From positions 1 to 42,126 of the forward strand of contig JAFCEU010000001.1 of NCBI GenBank assembly GCA_017608995.1: DNA of 42,126 nt. Direction: 5' to 3'. The notes under the pieces are model-generated. The model ran no database searches. It was given only the letters and a program-made list of their open reading frames with translations, and was not told the DNA's origin. This document shows, in pieces, positions 16,460 to 26,487 of this stretch (the first letter of the stretch is position 1; the number at the start of each line of letters is the position of its first letter). The stretch is from Candidatus Iainarchaeum sp. Lineage in GTDB: Archaea; Iainarchaeota; Iainarchaeia; Iainarchaeales; DTGL01. Both the position numbers and the translations under genes were made by a program.

Positions 16460-18436
16460 TTAATACAGTGTGTTTACTCCTCCGCCACTGTCTTTATAAA
16501 CGAGTTTCGATTGAGTGGTTGAGTAGTAGATTGAATTATTAGGTGCTGCCGCATCTGTGGAGCTGATTGGCCTGAAATACCCGCTTCCGTCTATTACGGT
16601 TGAACCGCCGACGTCAATGTTTCCGTCGCTGTCAATTGAAACTTTAGTGTTCCAGCCAGAGTCGCGAATATTGAAACTTCTTGCCCCGGCTGAGTCTCCC
16701 AAAATAACATAGGCGCTCTTATTGGAAGCGCAGATTGTATAAACATTCCCGCCATACCCTATGAAGATGTCATTATTAGATGAAATTACTCCATACCCAG
16801 ATGCGTTTATATACATGCCAACATATTTGCCGCTTTGGTCGTCATACCCATTCACCTTAACCCCTACACTGTCCGCTCCCTGATTTAGTGTTATTCCTGT
16901 TGAGCCATCCCCTGTTGCTGTTATGCTTCCTGTTGATAATGTCCCTGTTGTGCTTAAATCTTCATCACCGAAATCTATGCTTCCTGTTGAATCTGTTATT
17001 GAACCGGTTCCTAAGGTCATTGTATTTACTGTTACAAAATTTATAGATGTCAGGTTGCTGAATATTGGAGTTCCACTGGTTGTTACATCCTGGTCAATAT
17101 AGGTATGTGATGTTCCATCAGAAGTTGAATGGGTTTCAGAAATTGTAATTGTATCAGTTGTAGCATCGCCAGTTACAGTAATTGCTCCTCCAACAGCTAA
17201 ATTTAATGTATCTGCAAAGCTCTCTGCTACAGGGTTAGTTCCAGCAGGGCAGGAAATGGTTTTAAAGATATAGACATCTGTTCCGCCTTGCTGTAATGTT
17301 CCTGCATTTATTGTCCCTGTTGTGCTTAAATCTTCATCACCGAAATCAATGCTTCCTGTTGAATCTGTTATTGAACCGGTTGCTAAGGTCATTGTATTTA
17401 CTGTTACCTGACTGAATGTTGGAGTTCCACTGGTTGTTACATCCTGGTCAATATAGGTATGTGATGTTCCATCAGAAGTTGAATGGGTTTCAGAAATTGT
17501 AATTGTATCAGTTGCCGCATCGCCAGTTACAGTAATTGCTCCTCCAACAGCTAAATTCAATGTATCTGCAAAGCTCTCTGCTACAGGGTTAGTTCCAGCA
17601 GGGCAGGAAATAGTTTTAAAGATATAGACATCTGTTCCGCCTTGCTGTAATGTTCCTGCATTTATTGTCCCTGTTGTGCTCAAATCTTCATCACCGAAAT
17701 CAATGCTTCCTGTTGAATCTGTTATTGAACTACCAGCAATAGTAAGTGTTCCTGCAGTAATAGATGTGTTTGCTTGTATTGTTCCGAACCCAGACAGATT
17801 ACTTCCACTCCAAGATGCAGTTCCGTCTGTTAAAGAAACTAGTCCTGTTCCAGCTCCTCCTGTAAAACTAATAGTCCCGTCTGTTAATGTTCCTGCATTT
17901 ATTGTCCCTGTTGTGCTTAAATCTTCATCACCGAAATCAATGCTTCCTGTTGAGCTTGTGAGTGAGTCAGTTGCAATGGTTATGTTTCCAAATGTTGCTG
18001 CTACCCCAGAAATACCCCATCCGCCCAAGTTTATGTCTTGATTGGCGTTTGAGCCATCAAGTTTTAGCCACTGTGTGTCGCCATATGAATCCACTCTTGC
18101 ATCAGTGTAATACAAATTAGTTGCGCCTTCAGGGATATCATCTGTATCAACTTGGCCTGGACCGCTTCCCCAATCTATATGGGTATCCTTAACGGCATCT
18201 ATCGCATCTGCTATCGCCCCAACTTGGGCAGCTGTTACATTATGAGGGTTTGACATGTCAGCAATGTGGTCCTGGGCTGTCTTCAAAGTGGTTGTTGTGT
18301 CCCAGCCGCTTCCCCCATACCTTGCGTCATGGTCGGAATTGGTGCCATCTAAATCAGGCATATCTGTTAAATCAGTATGGCTAATCTGCTCAAATGGCAA
18401 ACCCCGATGATGCCTAATTTTGGGCATATTCATCAT
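16460..18436 (-). CDS. Spike/fibre protein with internal repeats
   Basis: HIADMSNPHNVTAAQVG and DTDDIPEGATNLYYT fibre motifs; 4x STGSIDFGDEDLSTTGT; Thr/Gly/Ser-rich. Confidence 0.85.
   Translation of the reverse strand: MMNMPKIRHHRGLPFEQISHTDLTDMPDLDGTNSDHDARYGGSGWDTTTTLKTAQDHIADMSNPHNVTAAQVGAIADAIDAVKDTHIDWGSGPGQVDTDDIPEGATNLYYTDARVDSYGDTQWLKLDGSNANQDINLGGWGISGVAATFGNITIATDSLTSSTGSIDFGDEDLSTTGTINAGTLTDGTISFTGGAGTGLVSLTDGTASWSGSNLSGFGTIQANTSITAGTLTIAGSSITDSTGSIDFGDEDLSTTGTINAGTLQQGGTDVYIFKTISCPAGTNPVAESFADTLNLAVGGAITVTGDAATDTITISETHSTSDGTSHTYIDQDVTTSGTPTFSQVTVNTMTLATGSITDSTGSIDFGDEDLSTTGTINAGTLQQGGTDVYIFKTISCPAGTNPVAESFADTLNLAVGGAITVTGDATTDTITISETHSTSDGTSHTYIDQDVTTSGTPIFSNLTSINFVTVNTMTLGTGSITDSTGSIDFGDEDLSTTGTLSTGSITATGDGSTGITLNQGADSVGVKVNGYDDQSGKYVGMYINASGYGVISSNNDIFIGYGGNVYTICASNKSAYVILGDSAGARSFNIRDSGWNTKVSIDSDGNIDVGGSTVIDGSGYFRPISSTDAAAPNNSIYYSTTQSKLVYKDSGGGVNTLY
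16940..17955 (-). repeat. In-frame tandem duplication (354/372-bp period) plus partial copies in the spike gene
   Basis: cgaaatc(a/t)atgcttcctgttga starts at 16969, 17341, 17695 and 17932. Confidence 0.92.
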
Positions 18437-18830
18437 ATCTCCAAATCTCAACTTCAACAACAATGCCTGCGGTTTCACTCATTACATAAATCGCGTTAAT
18501 TTCACGGTTTGGCACTGTGTCTTCACTTAAAACATCTCCTGAAGAAAGCGTCATATAAGTTGAATGGGTTGGCTCAAAACAGTATTTCAGCTCATAGTTG
18601 CCACGAGCCTTCAACTGCCAGGTAACAATCTCGGGCTCTAATTTTATTTCATACCATTTCCCAGCCTCGTTCAAATAATGGTTAATGATGTGTGAGTAAA
18701 TTGGCCTTTTTTCTTCAGTTTTAACCTCTTTTACCTCTTTTACCTCCTTTGTTGGCTTAATGCCTTTTTTCAATTCTTCAGCCAAAAAAACCACTTGAGG
18801 CCAAGAAAAACTATTTTTCAACGATAGCAA
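18414..18830 (-). CDS. Small structural protein (true start uncertain)
   Basis: EVK x3 repeat then beta-rich domain. Confidence 0.6.
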   Translation of the reverse strand: MLSLKNSFSWPQVVFLAEELKKGIKPTKEVKEVKEVKTEEKRPIYSHIINHYLNEAGKWYEIKLEPEIVTWQLKARGNYELKYCFEPTHSTYMTLSSGDVLSEDTVPNREINAIYVMSETAGIVVEVEIWRYDEYAQN

Positions 18831-18963
18831 CTATATCCCCTGCCTGATTTCTGACAAAAAAAGTGGCTTTGTCCTTCGTTGCCATAACATTGTAGGTAAG
18901 GAAAGCCAAGAATGAAAGGACCCCTATGCTTACAATCAATAAAACTGTATCTCCACTATCCAT
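18811..18963 (-). CDS. 50-aa TM protein with C-terminal beta-hairpin
   Basis: MDSGDTVLLIVSIGVLSFLAFLTYNVMATKDKATFFVRNQAGDIVAIVEK (manual translation). Confidence 0.6.
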   Translation of the reverse strand: MDSGDTVLLIVSIGVLSFLAFLTYNVMATKDKATFFVRNQAGDIVAIVEK

Positions 18964-18975
18964 AATAGCTATTAC

Positions 18976-20019
18976 TCAAACTGAATTAATAAGTTTTTTC
19001 CATTGGTCCCCGCATTTTTGAATGGAAAATTGTTCTTCAACGACTTTTCTTGGAGAGAACTCGTTTTCCAACACTTTTGCAACCGCTTCCCTGTATGGTT
19101 CATATTCCCAAAATTTAACTCTAATCCCAAGCCTTTTGTTCCAAAAGTCCCACCAAACACCAGTTTTTTGGGTAATAACCGGAATGTTGCATGCGGCTGC
19201 CTCCAAGCTGCTTAACCCAAAGCTTTCACAGCAGGTTGGCAAAACAAAAAAATCAGCTAAATTATATATTTCCGGCATTTGGCTTCTTGGGAGCATTTGA
19301 ATAATGCGTACATTCTTGCTTTTCGCTTTATTTGGAGCGGGCTCAGTAAAGCAAACCACCCAAAAAACGTCTTTGAATTCTTTTATAAGCCTTGTGAGAA
19401 TATGCCACCCCTTGGCCGGATGGAACTTTATTACACTCAAGCCCACTTTTTTATCTAACGGAATACCCCATTTGCGCCTTAAAATCTTTTTTTTGCCCAA
19501 GGGTCTGAATTTCTGCATACTAACCCCCTCATTTATGACTTTATGGCACTTGACATCAATTTTTTTCATATAGGCCTGCATGAATTTGCTTACAGCAACA
19601 TTGCAGGCTGACTTCTCACCTGTTTTTCTCTGTAAGTCAGTGCAAGCATTATAATGTTCCATGCTTTCCAAAAAATAGCCATAAAAATATAAAATCTTAG
19701 AAATGGTATCAAAAGGGTCCTGGAAAACCGTTACAATCGGTGTCTCCAAATCAAAGTAACCGCCAATCGCTGAATTTTTAACAATTACATCCAAAGGAAA
19801 AATTTTTTCATACTCTTTCAAGTAGTCCTCAATAATCCGAGACCTAAAAACAGCGTCAAAACCCTGCCTAATAAGGTTAACATTTAAAGCCTTTGCAGCT
19901 GAAGAAAAGGAAATCTGAGGAGCATTCAAAATTTCACTCAAATAAGAAAAAAAGGTTTCTTGGCCTCCGCTCCATTCATCTGACTTATTCCAGTTAACAA
20001 TTAAAGCCTTTTTCATCAA
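18976..20019 (-). CDS. Glycosyltransferase family 4 (GT-B)
   Basis: ADFFVLPTCCESFGLSSLEAAACNIPVI. Confidence 0.92.
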   Translation of the reverse strand: MMKKALIVNWNKSDEWSGGQETFFSYLSEILNAPQISFSSAAKALNVNLIRQGFDAVFRSRIIEDYLKEYEKIFPLDVIVKNSAIGGYFDLETPIVTVFQDPFDTISKILYFYGYFLESMEHYNACTDLQRKTGEKSACNVAVSKFMQAYMKKIDVKCHKVINEGVSMQKFRPLGKKKILRRKWGIPLDKKVGLSVIKFHPAKGWHILTRLIKEFKDVFWVVCFTEPAPNKAKSKNVRIIQMLPRSQMPEIYNLADFFVLPTCCESFGLSSLEAAACNIPVITQKTGVWWDFWNKRLGIRVKFWEYEPYREAVAKVLENEFSPRKVVEEQFSIQKCGDQWKKLINSV

Positions 20020-20738
20020 ATCACTTTCCTTCCAAGCAGTTTGTTGATTTTCTGGAAGATTCGCTGGTTGTTTTCACTAATCTTTTGTATCCTCTGCTGC
20101 TGCGTAACCATTCCAGAATGCATCCTGTATTTAAACAAGGGCAGCGGGACGTGCTTGAACTTAATCCTTTTAACCAGCATGCATCTAAGCAAATGCTCCA
20201 AGTCCTCTCCAAAACGCAGTGTTTCGTCAAAATTGTTTTCTTTAAACAGTTTAGTTGGCCCAAACAGGTTATAGCACACGCTCATGGTATTGTTTCTCGC
20301 TTGAACAACAGAGTTGATTACAAAGTCTTCATAGCTTTTAAACTCTGGTGCTCTGAATAAGCTTATTATCTCGCCGCCCACATTTATAACAAAATAGTCT
20401 GAGAAAAGAAAGCTTTTTCTGTCCGCATGTTTCAGCATTTCCTCCAAATAATTCGGCATAAACAAGTCATCTGCACTCAAAAAGCACAAATACTCTCCTC
20501 TGGCTTCTTTTACGCCTCTTGCCCGTGTTCCGCCAATGCCAAGGTTTTCCTCATTCCTTACATATCTGACATTCCGGCGGAACATTTGACCCCAGTTAAT
20601 GGCTTCAGGGCTTTTGTCAGTTGAGGCGTCATCAACCACGACAACTTCAAAGTCCTTAAAGGTCTGGTTGAAAACGCTTTCAATCGCCTGCCCAACAAAC
20701 ATTTCTGCATTATAGCAGGGGATTACCACACTAATCAT
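20016..20738 (-). CDS. Glycosyltransferase family 2 (GT-A)
   Basis: ISVVIPCYN..VVDDASTD..FLSADD..GED. Confidence 0.93.
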   Translation of the reverse strand: MISVVIPCYNAEMFVGQAIESVFNQTFKDFEVVVVDDASTDKSPEAINWGQMFRRNVRYVRNEENLGIGGTRARGVKEARGEYLCFLSADDLFMPNYLEEMLKHADRKSFLFSDYFVINVGGEIISLFRAPEFKSYEDFVINSVVQARNNTMSVCYNLFGPTKLFKENNFDETLRFGEDLEHLLRCMLVKRIKFKHVPLPLFKYRMHSGMVTQQQRIQKISENNQRIFQKINKLLGRKVI

Positions 20739-21187
20739 TTTACCGCCTTTTTCCATTTCTTAAACTCCTTTAAAGCCAAGGCAAAGGCTTCCGCTAATTC
20801 AACAAATTCCTTATGCGAAACATCCAGCCTATAAGATTTATAGTGTATGTGAATCATATTTTTTGGCATATGCGGCAGGTCTCCCTGCACCTCTATTTTA
20901 AAATCAGTCGGTCTTCTGCCATGAACTGGCGGTATTTTATGGAAAAACAGGTATTCTGGCAGCGATTTATTCGGCTCTGGGGCAGGGCAACCATTGTCCC
21001 TCCATTTCTCGTAAGCAGTAGTTACCGCTTCACAAAATTGGCAGAATTCTTCTTCGTCAAAAATCAGTCTCAGGTTACGCCAATGCAAATGAAAGTCCTC
21101 ACACCTCTCAACTGTATGCATGTCAGCATAAATATCTGAAACAGGGTCCACTTTACCATCAAACAACATTTTTTTCACGCTACCCAT
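20735..21187 (-). CDS. Hypothetical protein with internal duplication, in glycosylation locus
   Basis: FHLHWRNLRL..EEF and IHIHYKSYRL..KEF repeats. Confidence 0.65.
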   Translation of the reverse strand: MGSVKKMLFDGKVDPVSDIYADMHTVERCEDFHLHWRNLRLIFDEEEFCQFCEAVTTAYEKWRDNGCPAPEPNKSLPEYLFFHKIPPVHGRRPTDFKIEVQGDLPHMPKNMIHIHYKSYRLDVSHKEFVELAEAFALALKEFKKWKKAVK

Positions 21188-21638
21188 TCAAAGCCTCCTC
21201 AATTTTTTTTAATAGGTTTTCCTGCCTCTGCCCCATTGTTCCCTCAAACTCTGGCAAAACATCGTCCATGGTATTATTGCGCTTATGCTTCCCCAAATAC
21301 TGTTTCAAAACCCTATCAAAAGGAACAAACAAGTAAATGAAGGAAATCTTCCGACCTGTTTCCCTCCTGATAAACTCAATGGTGTTGTCCTCATCAAATT
21401 TATACCAAAAACGGTTCCACTTAAACCAGTTGTCCACAACAAAACCAGCGTCCCTTTCGTTGAGTTTTTTAATAAAAGCATTCAAAAACTGCTTTTTATT
21501 GTTCTTGCTTTTTTTGTGGTATTCTTCATCAAAATCAACATAACCATAGCCTTTTAAACAAGCGTATTCCTTGGCAAAAGTAGTTTTCCCGCTGCCCATC
21601 AAACCACATACGACAACCAACTCAGCCAATTTTACCAC
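21180..21638 (-). CDS. P-loop kinase (AAA_33/nucleotide-kinase-like)
   Basis: VVVCGLMGSGKTTFA..YVDFD..FVVD. Confidence 0.8.
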   Translation of the reverse strand: MVKLAELVVVCGLMGSGKTTFAKEYACLKGYGYVDFDEEYHKKSKNNKKQFLNAFIKKLNERDAGFVVDNWFKWNRFWYKFDEDNTIEFIRRETGRKISFIYLFVPFDRVLKQYLGKHKRNNTMDDVLPEFEGTMGQRQENLLKKIEEALNG

Positions 21639-21708
21639 CTTTTTGGAATTTCATTACTGCCTGTTCAAATCCTGTTCCCCAAAGGTTTTATCAGCAAAAT
21701 CTTTTTAG

Positions 21709-22230
21709 TCAAACCTTTTTCACCACGCAAAAAAATTCTTGTTTTTGCCAAGGAGCAACCTCCAGCTCCTGTATTTTTCCAAACTTTTTAACCAATTCTT
21801 CAAATTCCTGTGGAGAAAATTCTTTTAAGTGGTCTGGTGAATGAACCCAGTTTCTTTTGTCTGGAGTGACTATGATTAGCTTTCCTCCTTTTTTCAAAAC
21901 CCTGAACCATTCTTCCAAAGCCTTTTTTGCTTCAATGTGTTCAATTAGGTGGCTTGATATAACAAAATCAAAGCATTCGTCAGCAAAAGGCAGTTTTCTC
22001 GCATCCCACTGCAAATCCGCTTCTGATATAAAGCCCTTTGTTTTGTTGGTTATTCCCCCTTTTTGAATAATATCCACATTTAGGATTTCCCCGCTAACCC
22101 TGCTGTGCCCTCCGCCCAATTCAATTCCAAGACCCTTGCAGTGAGTTAAAATCCATTCCTTTCTTTTCAGTTTGAAGGGAAACTCCTCGTCTGATGGGCT
22201 TTTGTGCAGCTTAAACAAGCAACTCACCAT
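21709..22230 (-). CDS. Class I SAM-dependent methyltransferase
   Basis: GIELGGG..DARKLPFADECFDFVISSHLIEH..RVLKKGG. Confidence 0.9.
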   Translation of the reverse strand: MVSCLFKLHKSPSDEEFPFKLKRKEWILTHCKGLGIELGGGHSRVSGEILNVDIIQKGGITNKTKGFISEADLQWDARKLPFADECFDFVISSHLIEHIEAKKALEEWFRVLKKGGKLIIVTPDKRNWVHSPDHLKEFSPQEFEELVKKFGKIQELEVAPWQKQEFFCVVKKV

Positions 22231-22960
22231 ATTCAATTGGCTTCGGTTTTTTGCATATCTTTGGTTCACAGCCTTCAGGAAACAGCTCATGGGAAACATG
22301 CTCTAAAACCAGCCCGCTTTCGTCCAAGCATTTTTTTCTGATTTCTACAGGCACGCCGTGAGCTGTCCGCTCTCTCCACCTGTCAACAATAAACCTATAG
22401 GTTGAATACCCGTAGTGAATCACAGTAAAAGGGGCAAGCCCCTGTTTGCCCAATCCTTGCGGAAACAAATCCAAATGCAGGCCCTTTCCAACAGCAAATT
22501 TTAGCCTTCCGTTGTTCCTCCACAGCCTCAAAAATTTACCTGACCCCAAATAATCTTTTCTGGCCCAGCAATCGCTCCTCCACAAAGTTATCTCTGGAAA
22601 CCAATAACCGTCAGCGCCGGAAGCAAACTCACAAAAATCTCTTAAACTGTTCGTTCCCTTTCTATCCAAAACCTCATCGCAGTCAAGCCAGAAGAACCAG
22701 TCAATATCAGGGCGTTTCTTCAAAGCAAACTCTAAAAGCTGCTGCTTGTGCGCTGTCTCATTCAAGAAATCGTTTTCCTTTCCTTCTAAAATCAAGCCGG
22801 TGTATTCTTTTGCGACTTCAACGCTGTTATCTGTGCTCCCATCATCATAAAAAGCGATTTCATCACAATAACGCTGCATATTATCAAGACAGCGTCTCAA
22901 GTTTCCCTTGGATTCCTCATTATAGCATTGGACAAAACCACAAATCATTTCATCACACAA
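22211..22960 (-). CDS. GT2-like glycosyltransferase
   Basis: YNEE..CDEIAFYDDGSTDNS..WFFWLDCDE..IHYGY. Confidence 0.88.
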   Translation of the reverse strand: MCDEMICGFVQCYNEESKGNLRRCLDNMQRYCDEIAFYDDGSTDNSVEVAKEYTGLILEGKENDFLNETAHKQQLLEFALKKRPDIDWFFWLDCDEVLDRKGTNSLRDFCEFASGADGYWFPEITLWRSDCWARKDYLGSGKFLRLWRNNGRLKFAVGKGLHLDLFPQGLGKQGLAPFTVIHYGYSTYRFIVDRWRERTAHGVPVEIRKKCLDESGLVLEHVSHELFPEGCEPKICKKPKPIEYGELLV

Positions 22961-23924
22961 ATTTCTGGTGCTTTATGTCTGAGATTAAAATATCCAACAG
23001 TTCATTGTAATGGGAATAATAACACTTATCGCATTTCGAGCCATCAAAACACCTTTGGTTTGCCCAGATTTCCTCTATTTCATCAACAGAGCCCATTTCA
23101 CCCTCATAATCACGCTTCGGGTTCTTGAACATATACTGCGATCCACAACAAGGGTAAAGCTTGCCGTTTGCTCCAACAACAGGTTTCAGCAAGCTTATTA
23201 AGCATTTTTTAGTGCCCTTAGTCCAAGTGCCTCTATCCTGATAAATTACTTTACTATCGTCAACACCAAGCTTTTTCAAAACAAACTTAACTGCCTCCAT
23301 TTTCCCTTCAAGCTTGTTAGCGATAAAAATATCATTAACAAGCCTAACATGTGTGAAATCGTATTCGTTGGCGTACTCAATCATTTTTTGAATCAAAGGC
23401 AAGTTGGGGTTTTCTCCAACAACATATGAAAACGCCCAATCAGTATTCCCTCTAAGCCAAGCCATCTTCAAAGGCCCTTCAATTTCCTCGAATTTTCGAT
23501 GGTCGCCTAAGGAAATTCTGCACCAGCGAAGCATATCTATGGTTTTTTTCGAAAGCCTATTGAGAAGAGTTCCGTTTGTTACTAAGCCCATCTCTATTCC
23601 CATTTCGTGAATTGCCCAAATTAAAGCATCTATGTGATTGTGCTTCAGAGGCTCGCCTCCGCCCGTGATGGTCACACTTTTACATCCAAGCTTCTTAAAT
23701 TTTTGCATTACATCAACAATTTTCTCAAAAGGCATTTCGATTTTTTTGTCCCTTGCACTGCAGGAACAGAAAGGACAGTTCAGGTTACAACGATTAGTTG
23801 GGTTCAATTGAACATGGATTGGCGGAATTTGTTTTCTCTCAGTCAAGTTCTTCATCAGTTCTTTGTTGAAAAACACTTTCACTGGGAATGCGCTGGCCGC
23901 AGTATAGGATTCTTTTTCATTCAT
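22953..23924 (-). CDS. Radical SAM protein with SPASM/twitch-like C-terminus
   Basis: CNLNCPFC; ITGGGEP; C..GKLYPCC..CDKC; ATGA overlap with the upstream GT4 stop. Confidence 0.92.
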   Translation of the reverse strand: MNEKESYTAASAFPVKVFFNKELMKNLTERKQIPPIHVQLNPTNRCNLNCPFCSCSARDKKIEMPFEKIVDVMQKFKKLGCKSVTITGGGEPLKHNHIDALIWAIHEMGIEMGLVTNGTLLNRLSKKTIDMLRWCRISLGDHRKFEEIEGPLKMAWLRGNTDWAFSYVVGENPNLPLIQKMIEYANEYDFTHVRLVNDIFIANKLEGKMEAVKFVLKKLGVDDSKVIYQDRGTWTKGTKKCLISLLKPVVGANGKLYPCCGSQYMFKNPKRDYEGEMGSVDEIEEIWANQRCFDGSKCDKCYYSHYNELLDILISDIKHQKFV

Positions 23925-25096
23925 ATTCCAAGCCTCCCATGCGCGTAATCTACAACCAAAGGCCTGTTTTCTATTCTTTTCATCAGCTCTGCCCAAGCGT
24001 CTATTGAACGTTTCCAAGAAAACTGTAATGCATACTTCCTGCCCTTTTCACCCATCTCCTTTCTCATTTCCAGAGAATTATACAATCTGCCCAGACATTC
24101 AGCGAACTCCAGTTCGTCAACTATCACCTTGTCCGCGATCAAGGGAGTAACCCATCTACAAGCCGGCTTTGCAAGCAATCCAGCACCAGACTCTTGCACC
24201 AACTCGGTCAAAGCAGTGCAGTCTGTCGCCACCACTGGAATGCCGCAAGACATTGCTTCCAAAACCGGAAGGCAAAAGCTTTCACCGCGTGAAGCGGTTA
24301 CGAAAACGTCAGCCATGTTATAGAGTTCAGCCATTTGCTTTTCATTGAATCCAGCATCTCTATTGAAGCCTTCAGTGTAAAAAACCTTGTCCGCTATTCC
24401 AAGCCTTTGAGCCATCAACTCTAAGTTTATTCCATCTGATGCAGTGGGATTACAGTGCAAATGCAAAATGGCATTAGCCTTTGAGTTAACCAGAAACAGT
24501 TTGAAGGCATATAACAGCTCGCTTATGCCTTTTTGAAAGCCCTTATTCGTTCCAACGTATAGGAAAACGAATTTTCCTTTATAGCCTGCTTTTTTCTTTA
24601 ATTCACTTTTCTTCTTCTCTGGAAAAGGCCTAAATGTATCCAAATTGACTCCGTGGGGTATTCTGACAACTTTTTTAAGACCATAGTCAAGTAACTGCTT
24701 TTCACTGAACTTTGAAGGCGCAACCAAGACATCTGCTTCCCTGTAAATTGTAGCGAGCTTAGGTGGCACTGGAACGGTATTTACTATTGTATGGCAAACC
24801 CAAGTTTTGTCCTTTATAATTGATTTTGGAATCCAAGAAAACTGGGGCATCCAGTTATCAACCAAAGTGATGATGCAGTCAATATCAAGCTTTTTGACAT
24901 AATAATCAAAAGCATCTTCACCATAAGGGCTGGCAATCAGAGGCAGCCTCCATTTTTCTCTTTGCAAGCCCCTGTTCTGCAAACCAAGCTCGTAAATATT
25001 AAACCCTTTAGCCCTAAGCCCAGTAACAACATTATAGGCAATTTTTCCAAAAGCAGAAGTTATGTTGCTTGAGGCTCCGAAAAAAAGAATGTTCAT
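23921..25096 (-). CDS. Glycosyltransferase family 4
   Basis: IPHGVN..YNMADVFVTASRGESFCLPVLEAMSCGIPVV. Confidence 0.93.
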   Translation of the reverse strand: MNILFFGASSNITSAFGKIAYNVVTGLRAKGFNIYELGLQNRGLQREKWRLPLIASPYGEDAFDYYVKKLDIDCIITLVDNWMPQFSWIPKSIIKDKTWVCHTIVNTVPVPPKLATIYREADVLVAPSKFSEKQLLDYGLKKVVRIPHGVNLDTFRPFPEKKKSELKKKAGYKGKFVFLYVGTNKGFQKGISELLYAFKLFLVNSKANAILHLHCNPTASDGINLELMAQRLGIADKVFYTEGFNRDAGFNEKQMAELYNMADVFVTASRGESFCLPVLEAMSCGIPVVATDCTALTELVQESGAGLLAKPACRWVTPLIADKVIVDELEFAECLGRLYNSLEMRKEMGEKGRKYALQFSWKRSIDAWAELMKRIENRPLVVDYAHGRLGI

Positions 25097-25155
25097 ATTA
25101 TTATAAAGAACAATCTCCTATAAATTTGTTTGGTAATAATTGAGAAAAAAGAACT

Positions 25156-25482
25156 TTAAAGTTTTTCTTCAATTGCCTGGACTACTTTTTTCCTGTTCCT
25201 TCCCGCTTCCTCGGCTTCAAGCAAAAGCTTTAAGTCTTCTTCAGAAGATACGGCTTCCAAAGCTTTTACAACGGTTTTAGCGTTCTGGTCCAAAAAGTTT
25301 TCAACATCTTTGGCATCCAAAGTCGTATCAGTTGTTTTCTCTTCCCCTAAACTCACAACACTGTGTGAGCCAACATCATAGAAAACATTTACAGCTCCGC
25401 TGGCTGAATGCTTTTTAACCATGCCCTCAACCTCATCAACAGTGGCATGGGAAGGGACCTTTTCCAAAACAGTTTTCTTCAA
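25156..25482 (-). CDS. Hypothetical protein with C-terminal helical E-x-x-G-x-NRK motif
   Basis: LLEAEEAGRNRKKVVQAIEE; GGTGA RBS. Confidence 0.65.
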   Translation of the reverse strand: MKKTVLEKVPSHATVDEVEGMVKKHSASGAVNVFYDVGSHSVVSLGEEKTTDTTLDAKDVENFLDQNAKTVVKALEAVSSEEDLKLLLEAEEAGRNRKKVVQAIEEKL

Positions 25483-25496
25483 ATCAAATCACCTTT

Positions 25497-25943
25497 TTAG
25501 AACAGGTTTGGCTCCAGATTCTCTGGAGTCGGCTCCCGCTTACAAGTTAAATATGCCTGGTAGTCAATTGTCCCGCCAGAGTTATTATAGACATTGATAG
25601 AAACACTACTGCTTTCACTAACTTTTGTTATTGGAGCATCAGGCCTCATCTCAATTTTTTGATTATAATTATAAGTGTCAGTTCTTAAACTATGCTGTGT
25701 GCTAGTTCCAACAACAATTGCAAATTCAACATCAGCAGAGCTTGCTTCTACAACAAATAAATAAGGGTAAAGAACTACATTGGCATCGGTTGTAACCGTG
25801 TCTATTATTGTATCCCCTGTTGAAGTAAGTGTTCCACAAGTGCCAACTACAACTATATCACTTGTCTTGGTTTCCCTCAGCCATTTGCCGTTTTGAGGGT
25901 CATATTTCTCATACCTGAGGTACTTAGTTATGTCTCCCGTCAT
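25497..25943 (-). CDS. Putative minor capsid (beta-rich) protein
   Basis: Alternating beta pattern; translationally coupled to the capsid candidates. Confidence 0.6.
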   Translation of the reverse strand: MTGDITKYLRYEKYDPQNGKWLRETKTSDIVVVGTCGTLTSTGDTIIDTVTTDANVVLYPYLFVVEASSADVEFAIVVGTSTQHSLRTDTYNYNQKIEMRPDAPITKVSESSSVSINVYNNSGGTIDYQAYLTCKREPTPENLEPNLF

Positions 25944-26446
25944 CTTATTCCCACCACCGTAATAGGAGTATAAATCTGGGGCTTTTCAGTCAATTCAACC
26001 AAAGCGTAACGCCACCCCACCCAATAAAGCACAGGTGCAATTGCAACATTGGTATTATTAACAATCTGAACATTTGGGGGATAATCTTTGAGAACCCACA
26101 AATTCAAAAACTCTGGAACGTGCCTTGGACTCATATTGTCAGAAAGAGGACCTCCTTCTGGGCTTCTCTGCGTGCCCCACCTGTTTGTTGCGGCAGGCTG
26201 CTTCAAATAAACCTTAACGTTTCCAGAGATTTCAATTCCGTAGATTTGGTAAAGCTGACCGGTTGGAGGATTCAATGAAGTAATCTCAGTATAGCTCTCT
26301 GTTGCACCAGCAGCCAATTCGTCATGCTCATCCTTATAAAAAAGTGTATCACGGTTAACGATTTTGTAAAACTTTTCCGCTCCCGCGATTACAACTCTAA
26401 CATTGTCTAGAATATTAAGCCCTTTTGTCAAGTCTCGTTCAGCCAT
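25940..26446 (-). CDS. Candidate single-jelly-roll capsid protein 2 (168 aa)
   Basis: Size, all-beta pattern (PPTGQLYQIYGI..VQIVNN..LYWVGWRY) and position. Confidence 0.55.
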   Translation of the reverse strand: MAERDLTKGLNILDNVRVVIAGAEKFYKIVNRDTLFYKDEHDELAAGATESYTEITSLNPPTGQLYQIYGIEISGNVKVYLKQPAATNRWGTQRSPEGGPLSDNMSPRHVPEFLNLWVLKDYPPNVQIVNNTNVAIAPVLYWVGWRYALVELTEKPQIYTPITVVGIR

Positions 26447-26487
26447 AAATAAAAAAACACCCCCTGTGTGTGTGTTAGCGGGGAATT

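Noticed and set aside
21180..21638. Packaging ATPase
   Set aside because: Only 152 aa with kinase-type layout, inside the glycosylation locus; lacks FtsK/HerA/A32 features
21660..21685. gttcaaatcc resembling a tRNA T-loop (possible attP)
   Set aside because: No pairing T-stem or acceptor stem around it
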